This document shows, one piece after another, positions 1 to 11,131 of a stretch of 64,000 nucleotides of DNA. A program made the translations under genes and the position numbers. The stretch is from NCBI GenBank assembly GCA_964016885.1, contig OZ024764.1, positions 7,316,001-7,380,000 of the forward strand, given 5' to 3'. The notes below the pieces were generated by a model. That model was given only the letters and a program-made list of their open reading frames with translations. It ran no database searches and had not been told where the DNA came from. The stretch's first letter is position 1. Each line of letters opens with the position of its first letter. This DNA is from Eledone cirrhosa. Taxonomy: Eukaryota.

Positions 1-29
1 CTTTATTATATAACTATTATGCAATATAC

Positions 30-285
30 ATCTGATGATGTCACCAAGATCCTACGTAACCTGGCCACTGAAATAGTGTTTACAGAAATACATTTTTGAA
101 GGAATTTCACCAGTCCGACCTCCTATCGTTTTACTCAATAATAATTAACTCCGTTCCTGCACCACCAACAAGATTCAACATCAAAGATGGATGAGTTGCA
201 TAATGTTGAGTGCTTTTCTTAATATTACATCAGGGTTAACTATACGGAATGACCAGTTCTATCCAGTGGTGAACCACCAATCTTA
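30..285 (-). repeat. Diverged copy 1 of a ~240-bp exon-like segment (copy 2 at 5110-5347)
   Basis: Shares blocks such as ATGACCAGTTCTATCCAGTGGTGAACC, ATAATAATTAACTCCGT and GCACCACCAAC with 5110-5347. Confidence 0.7.
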
Positions 286-389
286 AATGAATATATATAT
301 ATTCATCATCTTCATTTTTACGTCTGTTTTTCATGGTCATATGGGTTGGAGAGCTCCTTTTCAACAGTATTTCTCCATACATTGTCAAT

Positions 390-912
390 GGGGTGTCAAA
401 GATATATGCCTGTAAATGAAAGTTGCAGTTTATTGTAGAGTGGTACTGCCAACATTCTTATATGCATCCACATTTATAAGCTCGATGTCTTTCACAAACA
501 TTGTCTCCATCTGTGGTTATGACATAATCTCAAATGTTGATCTCTTCATGAAGTACAACATTGGTGGGATTGAGTTATTTCTGATGCAATCCCAACTCAG
601 ATGGGCTGGTCATGTCCTACAGATGTCTGAGAACTACACACCCAAGGTACTCTTATACAGTCAATTTCATAATGGTATAACACAGGCACGCTATTACTCA
701 GATATAAAGACAAACTGAAGTAGAATCTTAAATATGGGAACATACCGCTTTCTTCTTTTAAAGCCGTAGATGCTGCCTTAAAAAATGGAGAACTGTCTGC
801 CATGAACTTATAAAGAACTTTGAAAAATCTCGTCTGGTACATCGTCATGATCTAAGATCTAACATCAAGATCTGATCAAACATTCCATCCTGCTCTGCTC
901 AAAATCCTGTCA
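390..912 (+). mobile_element. Degenerate RTE-type LINE 3' coding remnant, continuing at ~2757-2830 after the Helitron
   Basis: ORF 416-718 has KVAVYCRVVLPTFLYA and QLRWAGHVLQM..PKVLLYSQ, typical of the RTE ORF2 C-terminus; after 2757 it reads CKSTAGLKCHLRHK, like a terminal zinc knuckle. Confidence 0.65.
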
Positions 913-1247
913 TCTATATATCTAAAACAGAGAATGTCTGTCTGACTCCCTAAAACTCGAGAACCACCCAACCGATTGTTTTCAAACTTTACACATGTAA
1001 TACTTATGGCCGTGTGAGTGTTTTGAGCAAAATATATTTCAAATTTTCAATGCCTTAGGGACCGCATTAGGCGATTTAGCGATCACTCTCTATAATTCTT
1101 AGTCTTTCTTTTTAGATAGATACATAGCTACAATGTCTCGCCTTTATAATATCTGTCTGTATGTCTGGCTGTCTGCATTATGACATTATGACATTATGAC
1201 ATTATCTGTGTGTGTATATATAGATATATATATATATATATATAGTG

Positions 1248-1284
<37 letters not shown>

Positions 1285-2756
1285 TGTAACATTTTTCGAA
1301 ATATTTACTTCTGCGTTCAGAAATTGATTTTTTTAGTTTCAGAAGATCCCGTTAAGGGTGAAAGCAGCGATTCTTTGCTTAAACTTTAATCTGTTATTTT
1401 AATATATATATATATATAATCTGTTAGACACGCAGTGACTAACAACAGAATGTTTTAAGTCTGCGTGTCTAACATATATGTGTAGCTTCTGAATAAAAAA
1501 TTCAAGGGGTTTCGCTGGCTGTGGTGATCCCTGCCAAACATCTTTTGTAATGTATCATCTTATTGGCTAATTTCATCGTCTTATTGGCTAATCAACCAAT
1601 GAGAGTAATTGTTGCTCAAAAGCATCCGCCACTTTGTTTGCACGTTTATTTATTGTTTCGCTTTCGAATCTTCGTCCTGTATTTCATCGTTATCATCAAA
1701 ATATTTTTCTCGTTTTGGTAAGTTATATTGTTAATTTATATATGATTTTTTAAATTTATATTAACTATTTTTTTTTTTCAGTTCGTTATAACGTGCTTAT
1801 AATATTGGTTGTACCATATTTACTTGTATATTTGTCCATATTATTGTTCGTTTTATGTTAGACTATTTGTATATAATATTTAATTTTTAAGAATTAACTA
1901 AGTGAAATAGCGTAAAAATAAAGGCTTCGTTGGTTTAAGCTATTTTTATAAAGGATGCCACAGAATGTACGATATATAATGATTACAATATTTTTTAGCA
2001 ACAACTCTAGTCCCACACTTTTGAAGGTTTATTATAACATTCTGTGGCACTTTTGAGCTTGCGCATTTTTCATGTCTAGTTTAATATTGATTGTTTTCTG
2101 TAGTTGTTTATATTAAAAGTCTGAAAATATTTTTATACATCTTACAATAATATTTATAAGATCATTTATAAAATAACAATTATATAATCTAATTACATTA
2201 CAACGATAATGTATTATTAATATATATCATGTTTAACTAGAGTTATTACAAGTGTTGCCTTAAAAATATATTAAACTAGACCTGGAAAATGCGCAAGTTC
2301 AAAAGAGCCACAGAATGTTATAATAAACCTTCAAAAGTGTGGGACTAGCGTTGTTGCTCAAAAATATTGTAATAATTATCTATCGTACACTCTGTGGCAT
2401 CCTTTTATAAAAAAGAGACTCATAACAAACTCAAGACGACACGATAATTATTTAAGCTAGTGTTCAATATGCCATATTAGATGTTTAGTAATGATTAATA
2501 CGAAATGCACTTAAACTGAATTCTATATTATAAATTCACTTAAATAATATTTTTGAGCAACAAATCTAGTTGAAGGTTTGAAGGTTTATTATAACATTCT
2601 GTGGCTCTTTTGAGCTTGCGCATTTTTCAGGTCTAGTTATATATTCGTGTACAGATATTTTTGCATACACAATAACAAAATATAAAAGGATAAATATATA
2701 ACAAATATATAAGAACCCTAGAGCAAATCCCGAGCAACGCCGGGCCATTCTGCTAG
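913..2756 (+). mobile_element. Non-autonomous Helitron with internal repeats
   Basis: 5' A|TCTATATATCTAAAAC...GTCTGTCTG; 3' hairpin CCCGAGCAACGCCGGG (2729-2744) then CTAG|T (2753-2756); inserted between A and T without TSD, splitting a LINE remnant. Confidence 0.75.
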
Positions 2757-3316
2757 TCTACACTAAATGAGGTCTGATGTGTAAATCAACAGCTGGACTA
2801 AAGTGTCATTTAAGGCATAAACATAATAAATTGAAGTGAGAAGACTGTTGAACCCTCATACATCAATATATGACAGGAGAGTCCATATAAGTACATACAC
2901 ACATACATACATACATGATGGCTGCAACTCGATTTTGAGCAATGCTATCGCTTGATACTTAAGCATGAGCTTCATGGACGTGGCTTTTTAGTTCTGCTGG
3001 GGACTTACCTATAGCCAGCAATACCATGCATCACAAAAAAGGCCACATATCAAGTGGTATCTGTGCTTGAAGCTTTTTTAAGTGAAGAAAGGCTTTGCAA
3101 GGGGCCAATCCCTCTCTGAACATTGAATGCATTTGGTTATAAAGAAGAAGTGATCAACATCATTGGATACAAATGATGTGGCAGGTTTTATATCAGTCTT
3201 TCTCCTCGAGAGATGTCTTAATAAAGACTAGGAGTCTCTCGCTCCACAAAGAGCAGTGGACAGCACGGGCGCGAGCAAGGGAGGGAGGGTAACCTCTCCG
3301 GATGAAATGGCTATAT

Positions 3317-4315
3317 ATCATCATCATCATACGTCCGCTTTTCCCTGCTTGCATGGGTGGGACAGGTCCTATTCACCACAGCATCTCTCTACTTGTCACG
3401 GTCCTTCGTCATCTCCTCTGTGAGCTTCAGCGATCTGAGGTCTGTTTTAACCACCTCCACCCATCTTTTTCGTGGTCTACCTCTACCACGTCTTCCTTCA
3501 ACTGGCATTTCCTTGCACTTCTTCACCCATCGGTCATCCTCCATGCGCATCACATGTCCATACCACCTCAGTCTCCTCTCTCGCACACTACATTCTATCC
3601 CTCTCAGACACAGTTTCTCTCTCAACACATCCATGCTCGGTCGTTCATGCACATTGACATTGCACATCCAACGGAACATGCTTGCCTCATTTCTCTCCAG
3701 CCGTCGCATATCCTCTGCAGTTGCTTCCCATGTCTCACTACTATGCAGCATCGCGCTCCTCACACAGGTATCATATAACTGGCCTTTCGTACGCAGGGAG
3801 AAACCCTTCTTTGTCAACAGAGGAAGTAGTTCCCTAAACTTCTTCCAACCCGTCCTTATTCTAGATACTATGGCCTCGGAATACCCCCCCCCCCTTCCAT
3901 GTTAATCTGATCTTCTAGGTACCGGAAGCTATCCACCACTTCTATAGCACCCGTCTGCATTTGAAAAATGTGTCTATCAATGCGACTTCTACTGTCTAAT
4001 TTCCCCGTACATCTACTGCATACATATTTCTCCCTACTTGTTAGTTTGCCTGCTATCCCACTTCATCTCTTGTGTACCCAAGATCTGCATTGTGTGCATT
4101 TTATAGAATTTATTCCAGTTCCTTTTCTGCATATCGAACATGGCCATTTCCCTGATGGAACCAGAGTTTTGTCCTCTTTTCTACTCATCAACACTTTTGT
4201 CTTAGCTAGGTTCACTCTCAGTCCTCTTCATCCCAACTGCTGTTTCCATAGCCAGAATTTATTCTTTAGCCCCTCCACTGATTCTGCTTTAAGAACCAGA
4301 TCGTCAGCATAGACT
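3317..4315 (-). mobile_element. 5'-truncated RTE LINE fragment
   Basis: Minus ORF 3389-3817 (KGFSLRTKGQLYDTCVRSAMLHSSETW...RRLRWYGHVMRM...GRRGRGRPRKRW); YADDL near 4300; (CAT)n tail at 3317-3330. Confidence 0.9.
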
Positions 4316-5109
4316 AGCAGACTACCACTCAACTAAAACCCCCACCTGTGTGAATAACTAGTAATCGTTTGGTATATACGATGGCCAGCCAACGGTGGTG
4401 GACTTCCCGCTAACACACCTGACGCTTAAGACAGTTAACATTCCTGGAGTGCTCGGAAAAATAAATTTACCTTTCTTTCGCTAAACGAAAATACTCAGAA
4501 TGGTTGACATGCCGTTGGGCCCCGGGCTGGCCGGGGGTACGCAACGTCGCTGGTTATTGAGCGCTAAGCATGGGCTTAATCTTTACTCTATATTCTACCC
4601 TGAAACTTTATCGTGACTATCTATAATACAATTAAATTTTTTCATAAAAGCCTCCTTCTGTAAATTCTTTAACTAAATCTCCCAACTTTAAATCTAAATC
4701 ACACTTTTCTAATTTCATCTTAAATGGCATATTTTAACTCTAAACATAAATTTAACGTTTCTACTTGTTAATCGTAATTTCTGACCATACAATATGCTGT
4801 GCAGATGCCCCATATATAGCTTTCTTAAAGATATGTTTTTTGAAAAAATATTTTTTGCGGCACTTTCTAGCACTCTTGACCAGCTTGATTGTAACCTGAT
4901 CTCACCACTGGCCTCTGTCTATGACAGGGTGTTAGTAGTACACTATAAGCCTATGCCCCTTCACCAGAAGGACATAAGAAGACTTAATAATCATCACTTG
5001 AGGGTGGCTGACCGGGCTACAAGCTGTTAAATGTTTGGCCGCCCTCATGTCTCTACTTTTCAGCCCCATGGATTTTGTCTAATATATTCTTTTGTTATAT
5101 TTCAAATAC

Positions 5110-5347
5110 CTGATGTCACCGGATTCATACTGTACCCGGTCACTGAAATGATCATAGTATACTAAACCTTTTAAGGAATTACACCAGTCCAGCCTCCTGT
5201 TATTTTATAATAATTAACTCCGTACACGCACCACCAACTACACAAACGAAGACGGGTGAGTTGCATTACGTTGAGTATTCTCCATAACATTACATCGAAG
5301 TTGACTATACGGTATGACCAGTTCTATCCAGTGGTGAACCAACAAAC
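5110..5347 (-). other. Exon-like segment with canonical splice boundaries, non-coding
   Basis: Minus strand reads tttatttag|GTTTGTTGG...CATCAG|gtattt; stops in all three frames; homologous to 30-285. Confidence 0.45.
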
Positions 5348-5487
5348 CTAAATAAATATATATAGATTTATATATATATCTATATATATATCTATATATA
5401 TATAAATATATATATCTATATATATATATAGATATATATAGATTTATATATAGAGAGATTTATATATATAGAGAGATTTATATAGAT

Positions 5488-6228
5488 TTGTAGGCAGAAA
5501 CTCCCTTTTATGTCCCAAATGTAAAGTATGGATGCATAAAAGATGTAGTGGGATCACACGTAAGCTAACTAAGAATATAGATTTTATATGTGGCCGGTGC
5601 TCAGGTGCAATAAGTAGCAGCAAATGCCCACAGAATACTAGCTCATTCCATTGCCCAGATGGTTCTATAGAAATAGTGGACACCTTCCGTTACCTGGGTG
5701 ACAAAATCAGCAGTGGTGGAGGGTGCTCTGAAAGTACAGTAGCTAGAGTCAGAATGGGATGGAAAAAGTTCAGAGAGCTTATACCACTATTGGCCGCTAA
5801 GGGTTTCTCTCTAAAAATGAAGGGCAGGCTGTATGATGCCTGCATACGAACAGCGATGTTACATAGTAGTGAGACATGGGCTTTGTGTGCAGAGGATCTA
5901 TGCAGACTGGAGAGGAACGAAGTTTACATGCTCCATTGGAAGTGTAATAGTAATATACGCGAACAGCAAAGTATAAATGAACTAAGTGAGAAATTAGGAA
6001 TAAGAGGCATCAGATGCTGTTTACTCGAGAGAAGACTACGTTGGTATGGTCACGTGATGTGCATAAAAGACGACAGCTGTATAAAAAAGTGCAGGGCAAT
6101 CAAAATAGACGTTAGCTACGGAGTATGCAGACCCAGAAAAACCTGGGATGACTTGATAAATTCCGACCTCATACACTTACACCTCTCCAAGACAATGTCA
6201 CTGGACCGATATCTTTGGCGCTACGCTA
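5488..6228 (+). mobile_element. RTE LINE 3' fragment
   Basis: ORF 5532-6287 closely matches the C-terminal third of the 19770-22151 ORF; starts inside a TA-rich microsatellite. Confidence 0.9.
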
Positions 6229-8233
6229 AATTAGATCGTCCCAGGTTTTTCTGGGTTTACCTACTCCGTAACTACCATCAATTTTGATCGCCCTGCACTT
6301 TTTTATACAGCTGTCGTCTTTCATGTGCATCACGTGACCATACCAACGTAGTTTTCTCTCGAGTAAACAGCATCTGATCCCTCTTATTCCTAATTTCTCA
6401 CTTAGTTCATTTTTGCTTTGCCCTTCATGTATATTACTATTACACATCCAACGGAGCATGCATGCTTCGTTCCTTTCCAGTCTACGCAGGTCCTCTGCAC
6501 GTAATGCCCATGTCTCACTGCCATGTAGCATTGCTGTTCGTATACAGGCGTCATACAATCTGCCTTTCCTTTTTAGAGAGTAACCTTTTGTGGCCAACAG
6601 CAGTATAAGCTCTCTGAACTTTTTCCATCCCGTTCTGACTCTGGCTACTGTACTTTCAGAACACCCTCCACCACTGCTGATTTCGTCACCCAGGTAACGG
6701 AAAGTGTTTACTATTTCTATAGAACCATCTGGGTAATAGAAGGGGCTAGTATCCTGTGGACACTTGCTACCTATTGCACCTGAGCATCGGCCACATATAA
6801 AGTCTACGTTCTTAGATAGTTTACCTGTGATCCCACTACATCTTTTATGTACCCATACTTTGCATTTGGGACATAAAATGGAATTTCTGCCTACTCCTTT
6901 CCTACACACTGAGCATGGCCATTTCCCAGATGGGACCAGTGCCCTATTTTCCTTCCATACTAGAACTTTAGTCTTAGACAGGTTAATTTTAAGGCCTTTT
7001 GATTCTAGGCCATGCTTCCATGTTTGGAATTTCTTCTCTAGTTCAGCCATTGATTCAGCTATAAGCGTTAGATCATCAGCGTATAGGAGTTCCCATGGGC
7101 AGCCGGTCTTGAACTCCTCTGTTATAGCCTGAAGGGCAATAATAAATAGGAGGGGGCTAAGGACAGAGCCTTGGTGAACACCAACTTTTACACTAAATTC
7201 TTCACAATATTCATTGTTAATTCTAACCTACTGACTGTTTCATTATACATAGCTTGTATAGCTCTCACAAGCCATTCATCAACACCTAGATTTCTAAGAG
7301 CCCACCAGACAATGGAGCGGAGGATTCTGTCAAAGGCTTTTTCCAGGTCTACAAAAGCTAAGTAGAGGGGTTTACTTTTATCTAGGTACTTTTCTTGTAG
7401 TTGTCGTACAACGAAAAGAGCGTCTGTGGTACTTTTACCTGACACAAACCCAAACTGCATTTCATCTAGATCAATTCGTTCTATGATTAGTTGCGCTATA
7501 ACTCTTTCTGTGACCTTCATGACCTCGTCAACTAACTTAATGCCTCTATAGTTTCCTCTATCTAGAGCACAGGTTCTCAACTCATTTAGGCCAAACGCCC
7601 CTTTTTGTCCCTCGAAATCACGAAACGCCCCTACCCTATTTTTCCATTTTTCAATATACTACTGATTTTGATATCAGTAGATTACTAAAAAATTGATTAA
7701 CAATATTCCAAAGATACCATTGCAGGCAGCTGAGAGTATAAATACATTCCTTGAAAGGAAATATATAAATTTCAAAAAAAAAAGAACATAAATGTTCTTT
7801 TTTATGAATAAGGACCAGTTGAATTTGTTATATTCCCACCAGGCGATACCAGCTATTTTGAACATTTATACAAGAGCAACTCTGTCTATCCAAAGAGTGC
7901 TCTTATCTGGAAGAAAGTGGCAATTATATCATTTCAAAGCTTTCCAATTTTCCCTTTAATGAAATGGACAGAATAAATGTTGATATCTAACTTGATGTCC
8001 CCCTCTGCTTTGTGAGCTTAGAGACCACGGAAGAGGGTTTTCATGACCACGCGGGAGGGTATATTTATTAGTAAATGGTAAAATATATACAACAAATGAG
8101 TAAGTGAATTGTAGTAGATGGTTTCCAGTCCAGTCAGACTGCAACTACAAATAAAAAAATTATTAGTTTGCTTTGTAACAATAGCATATCCAAGTTTTCG
8201 GATAAATTAACTTACTTTAATTTTGACCTCATT

Positions 8234-9263
8234 TCAATGGGACCCTTGAGCTTCATGGAGTCTAGCTAACTTGTTGACGTGAGGCTGAATTTTCCTAAGA
8301 TGTAGCCAGAGATCTCCACGTGTAATTACATTGTAGCGGTTGCGAGACTTACTGTGCAGTCTGGAAACAGCACCAAACCTCCTCTCGACTAAGTATGAGC
8401 TTGGAAAAGGCAAAGCAAATCTCTTAGCCTCTGCATGTAGGTGTGGAAATTAACGCTGAATTTCCTCTTGCATCCCAAAAAGGGGTTCACCTATTTTGGG
8501 AAATCTAATTTTGATCATGTCATCTGCTTGAGTTCAATGAATTCTTCTTGAAATTTAACGTCCAAATCGTCGACGTTAGCTATGAAGGGATCTGCTATCC
8601 ACATTGGGATGTCCATCGGCAAATGGTCGACAAACCGTTCTCTCATGTTGTCTTGTAGCGCACGCAGGTGAGTGGTATAAATTTGGAGTTGGTCATCGCT
8701 TACAATGTTTTGAACATTGGCGACACTAGGAAAATTATAGAATTCCCGTCAACAAAGATTCCTTTCGATGACATTCAATTTGGCCAGGAATGTTTTCACA
8801 GCATTCCTTGCTTTAAGCAATGTGATCTTTTTCCCCTGCAAAGCCAAAATGACGCTATTGCATTTGTTGAAGATGTTGGTGAGGTAGGCGCAGTCTTGCC
8901 TCACCTTGAGGGTTTTCTTGTACAGTTCTGTGTTGCGTCCTCGCAGAAACTCAATGATAGAGTCAAAGAGTTCAAAGAAGTGAGTAAGGCTCTTGCCCTT
9001 TGAAAGCCACCTCACTTCAGTATGAAGGAGCAACTTGACGAATTCTTCGTCATTTTCTTGGCACAGTTGCCGGAAAATTTGTTCATTGAAGGAATGCTGT
9101 TTGATAAAATTGATGCATCAATGGCCACCTGCAAGGGCTTGCTCAGCAGCTTGCTGAGTTTCTTCACAGCCAAGTGTTGTCGATGAATGATAAAATGAAC
9201 AGCAAATACAGATAGATTTTCTCTCTTCAGAAGAGTGACGAAACCCTTACGTTGGCCGTCCAT
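8234..9263 (-). pseudogene. hAT/Buster transposase remnant (C-terminal half)
   Basis: Motifs HFIIHRQHLAVK, LLHTEVRWLSKG and C-terminal LPFPSSYLVERRFGAV...KSRNR...AQGSH*; several frameshifts. Confidence 0.88.
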
Positions 9264-9276
9264 AGCACATGATACA

Positions 9277-9760
9277 ATGTGTGTTGTATGTGGTCCTAGA
9301 TGTGTGTATTACCTCCTTATGTGTTGTAGGTGGTCCTAGATGTGTGTATTACCTCCTTATGTGTTGTATGTGGTCCTAGATGTATGTATTACCTGACTGT
9401 GTGTTGTATGTGGTCCTAGATGTGTGTATTACCTCCTTATATGTTGTATGTGGTCCTAGATGTATGTATTACCTGACTGTGTGTTGTATGTGGTCCTAGA
9501 TGTGTGTATTACCTCCTTATGTGTTGTAGGTGGTCCTAGATGTTTGTATTACCTGATTATATGTTGTATGTGGTCCTAGATGTTTGTATTACCTGCTTAT
9601 GTGTTGCATGTGGTCCTAGATGTTTGTATTATCTGCTTATGTGTTGTATGTGGTCCTAGATGTATGTATTACCTGCCTGTGTGTTGTATGTGGTCCTAGA
9701 TGTGTGTGCTACCCGCTTATGTGTTGTATGTGGTCCTAGATGTGTGTGCTACCCGCTTCT
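9277..9760. repeat. 40-bp minisatellite (~12 units) inside the hAT element
   Basis: Unit ~TGTGTGTATTACCTCCTTATGTGTTGTATGTGGTCCTAGA, period 40. Confidence 0.95.
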
Positions 9761-11131
9761 GTTTTTTCTTTTCTTTTTCTATTTGTAATATTATTTATAC
9801 AATAGGGAATAAAATAGATCTACATAGTGTTTACTCGTTACGGTTGAGTCAATAATTTCAGATAGGATATACATTGTTATCGGTGAAGGAAAGATAAGAT
9901 AAGTATCCTTGACCCAGTTGACTGTGAGTTTTTCTATTTTTAAGATCTCAATTACTGGTTAATTTCTCAAATACCGGACACACCTACACACCTGCTCACA
10001 GTTGCAGTCAGGCTATAGTTATGCTGTCTGCAAGCTCATTCAAATGCATTCACACTGGCTGTCTCAAAGACATACAAATATGGCTTATAAAACTTACCAA
10101 AATAAAGAGCCTTCTATCACCCCCCTTATGGAACCTTGCTCCCAAACGCTCCCCGGGGGTGCATATGCCCCCCATTGAGAACCTTTGATCTAGAGCATCC
10201 CCTTTACTCTTGTAGCAGTTAATGATGATGCTGCTTGTCTTTTGGTATGACCCCCATTCTGTATTACTTGGTTAACTATACGGGTGACCATAGTATGTCC
10301 CACCATTCCAGATGCCTTCAACATCTCAGCAACTATCTCCGAAGGCCCAGCTGCTTTGCCTGTCTTCATATCTTTGATTGCCTTACTTATTATATTACCT
10401 TTAACTTGCACTGCTGGTCCTTCTATTGGATCTTTTTCCCATTTATTCTCCTCATTTAATAGTCTCTCGTAGTGACACTTCCAGGCTATCTTCTTATCAG
10501 CATCAGTGAGGGCAAGTACACCGTTATCATTACGGACACACTTCTCCCCGACAATATCACGGTTTTCCTTGACACATTGTCTAGCAATCCTGAACACCTC
10601 ACGTTTTTGCTCCTCGCGTTGTAGAACATGCTTGAACTTTCTATCCTCTGCTTCCCTTTTTGCAAGGTACACTTGTCTCCTAGCTTTTCTCCTGGCCACT
10701 TGATAGTGCTCTCTACTTCCCCCTATCCTGCCATACTTTCCAAACCTGCTTTTTGGCCTTGATTGTTTCTTCTACCTTACTGTTCCACCACCAAGTTACT
10801 CTCCTCCTGCCAATAGGTCTGCTCCAGCCACAGATTTCATCCGTTGCTTTCAGCCGGTTCACTTTCAAGAATTGCCACTGTTCTTCCTATATCGCACGTC
10901 TCTAATTGCTCTTCCTTATTGTCAAAGGCATCAAGTAATAAGCTTTTAAATTTGTCACTGGCTATGGGGTCCTTCAACTTCCATATTCTTCTCCTCAAGG
11001 TAGGCCTCCTCTGTCGTCGAGTACGTCTATTTCTGACTGTGAGGTCACTAACTACTAGGCTCTGTTGGGAGGTGCATTCTTCACGAGGGAGCGATTTAGT
11101 GTTTACAACAGACACTTTGTCACATCTTCTA

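Larger units (their letters stand above)
7568..10187 (-). mobile_element. hAT (Buster/Charlie-type) DNA transposon, both ends present, defective transposase
   Basis: TIRs CACAGGTTCTCAA (7568) and TTGAGAACCTTTG (10175-10187); perfect 8-bp TSD ATCTAGAG (7560-7567, 10188-10195) matching the NTCTAGAN Charlie/Buster preference. Confidence 0.93.
6229..11131 (-). mobile_element. RTE LINE with frameshifts, interrupted by the hAT element at 7568-10187
   Basis: Minus ORFs 10837-11199, 10190-10699, 7188-7580 and 6226-7050 are collinear with the 793-aa RTE ORF; GDALDRGNYRGIKL is split exactly at the hAT TSD. Confidence 0.93.

Noticed and set aside
2925-3312. Possible SINE or LINE-UTR-like unique segment
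   Set aside because: Single copy in the window with no diagnostic boxes; cannot be assigned without a search
3302-3905. Plus-strand ORFs opposite RTE copies (similarly 21146-21961, 29648-30169, 32796-33337)
   Set aside because: Antisense shadows of RTE coding sequence
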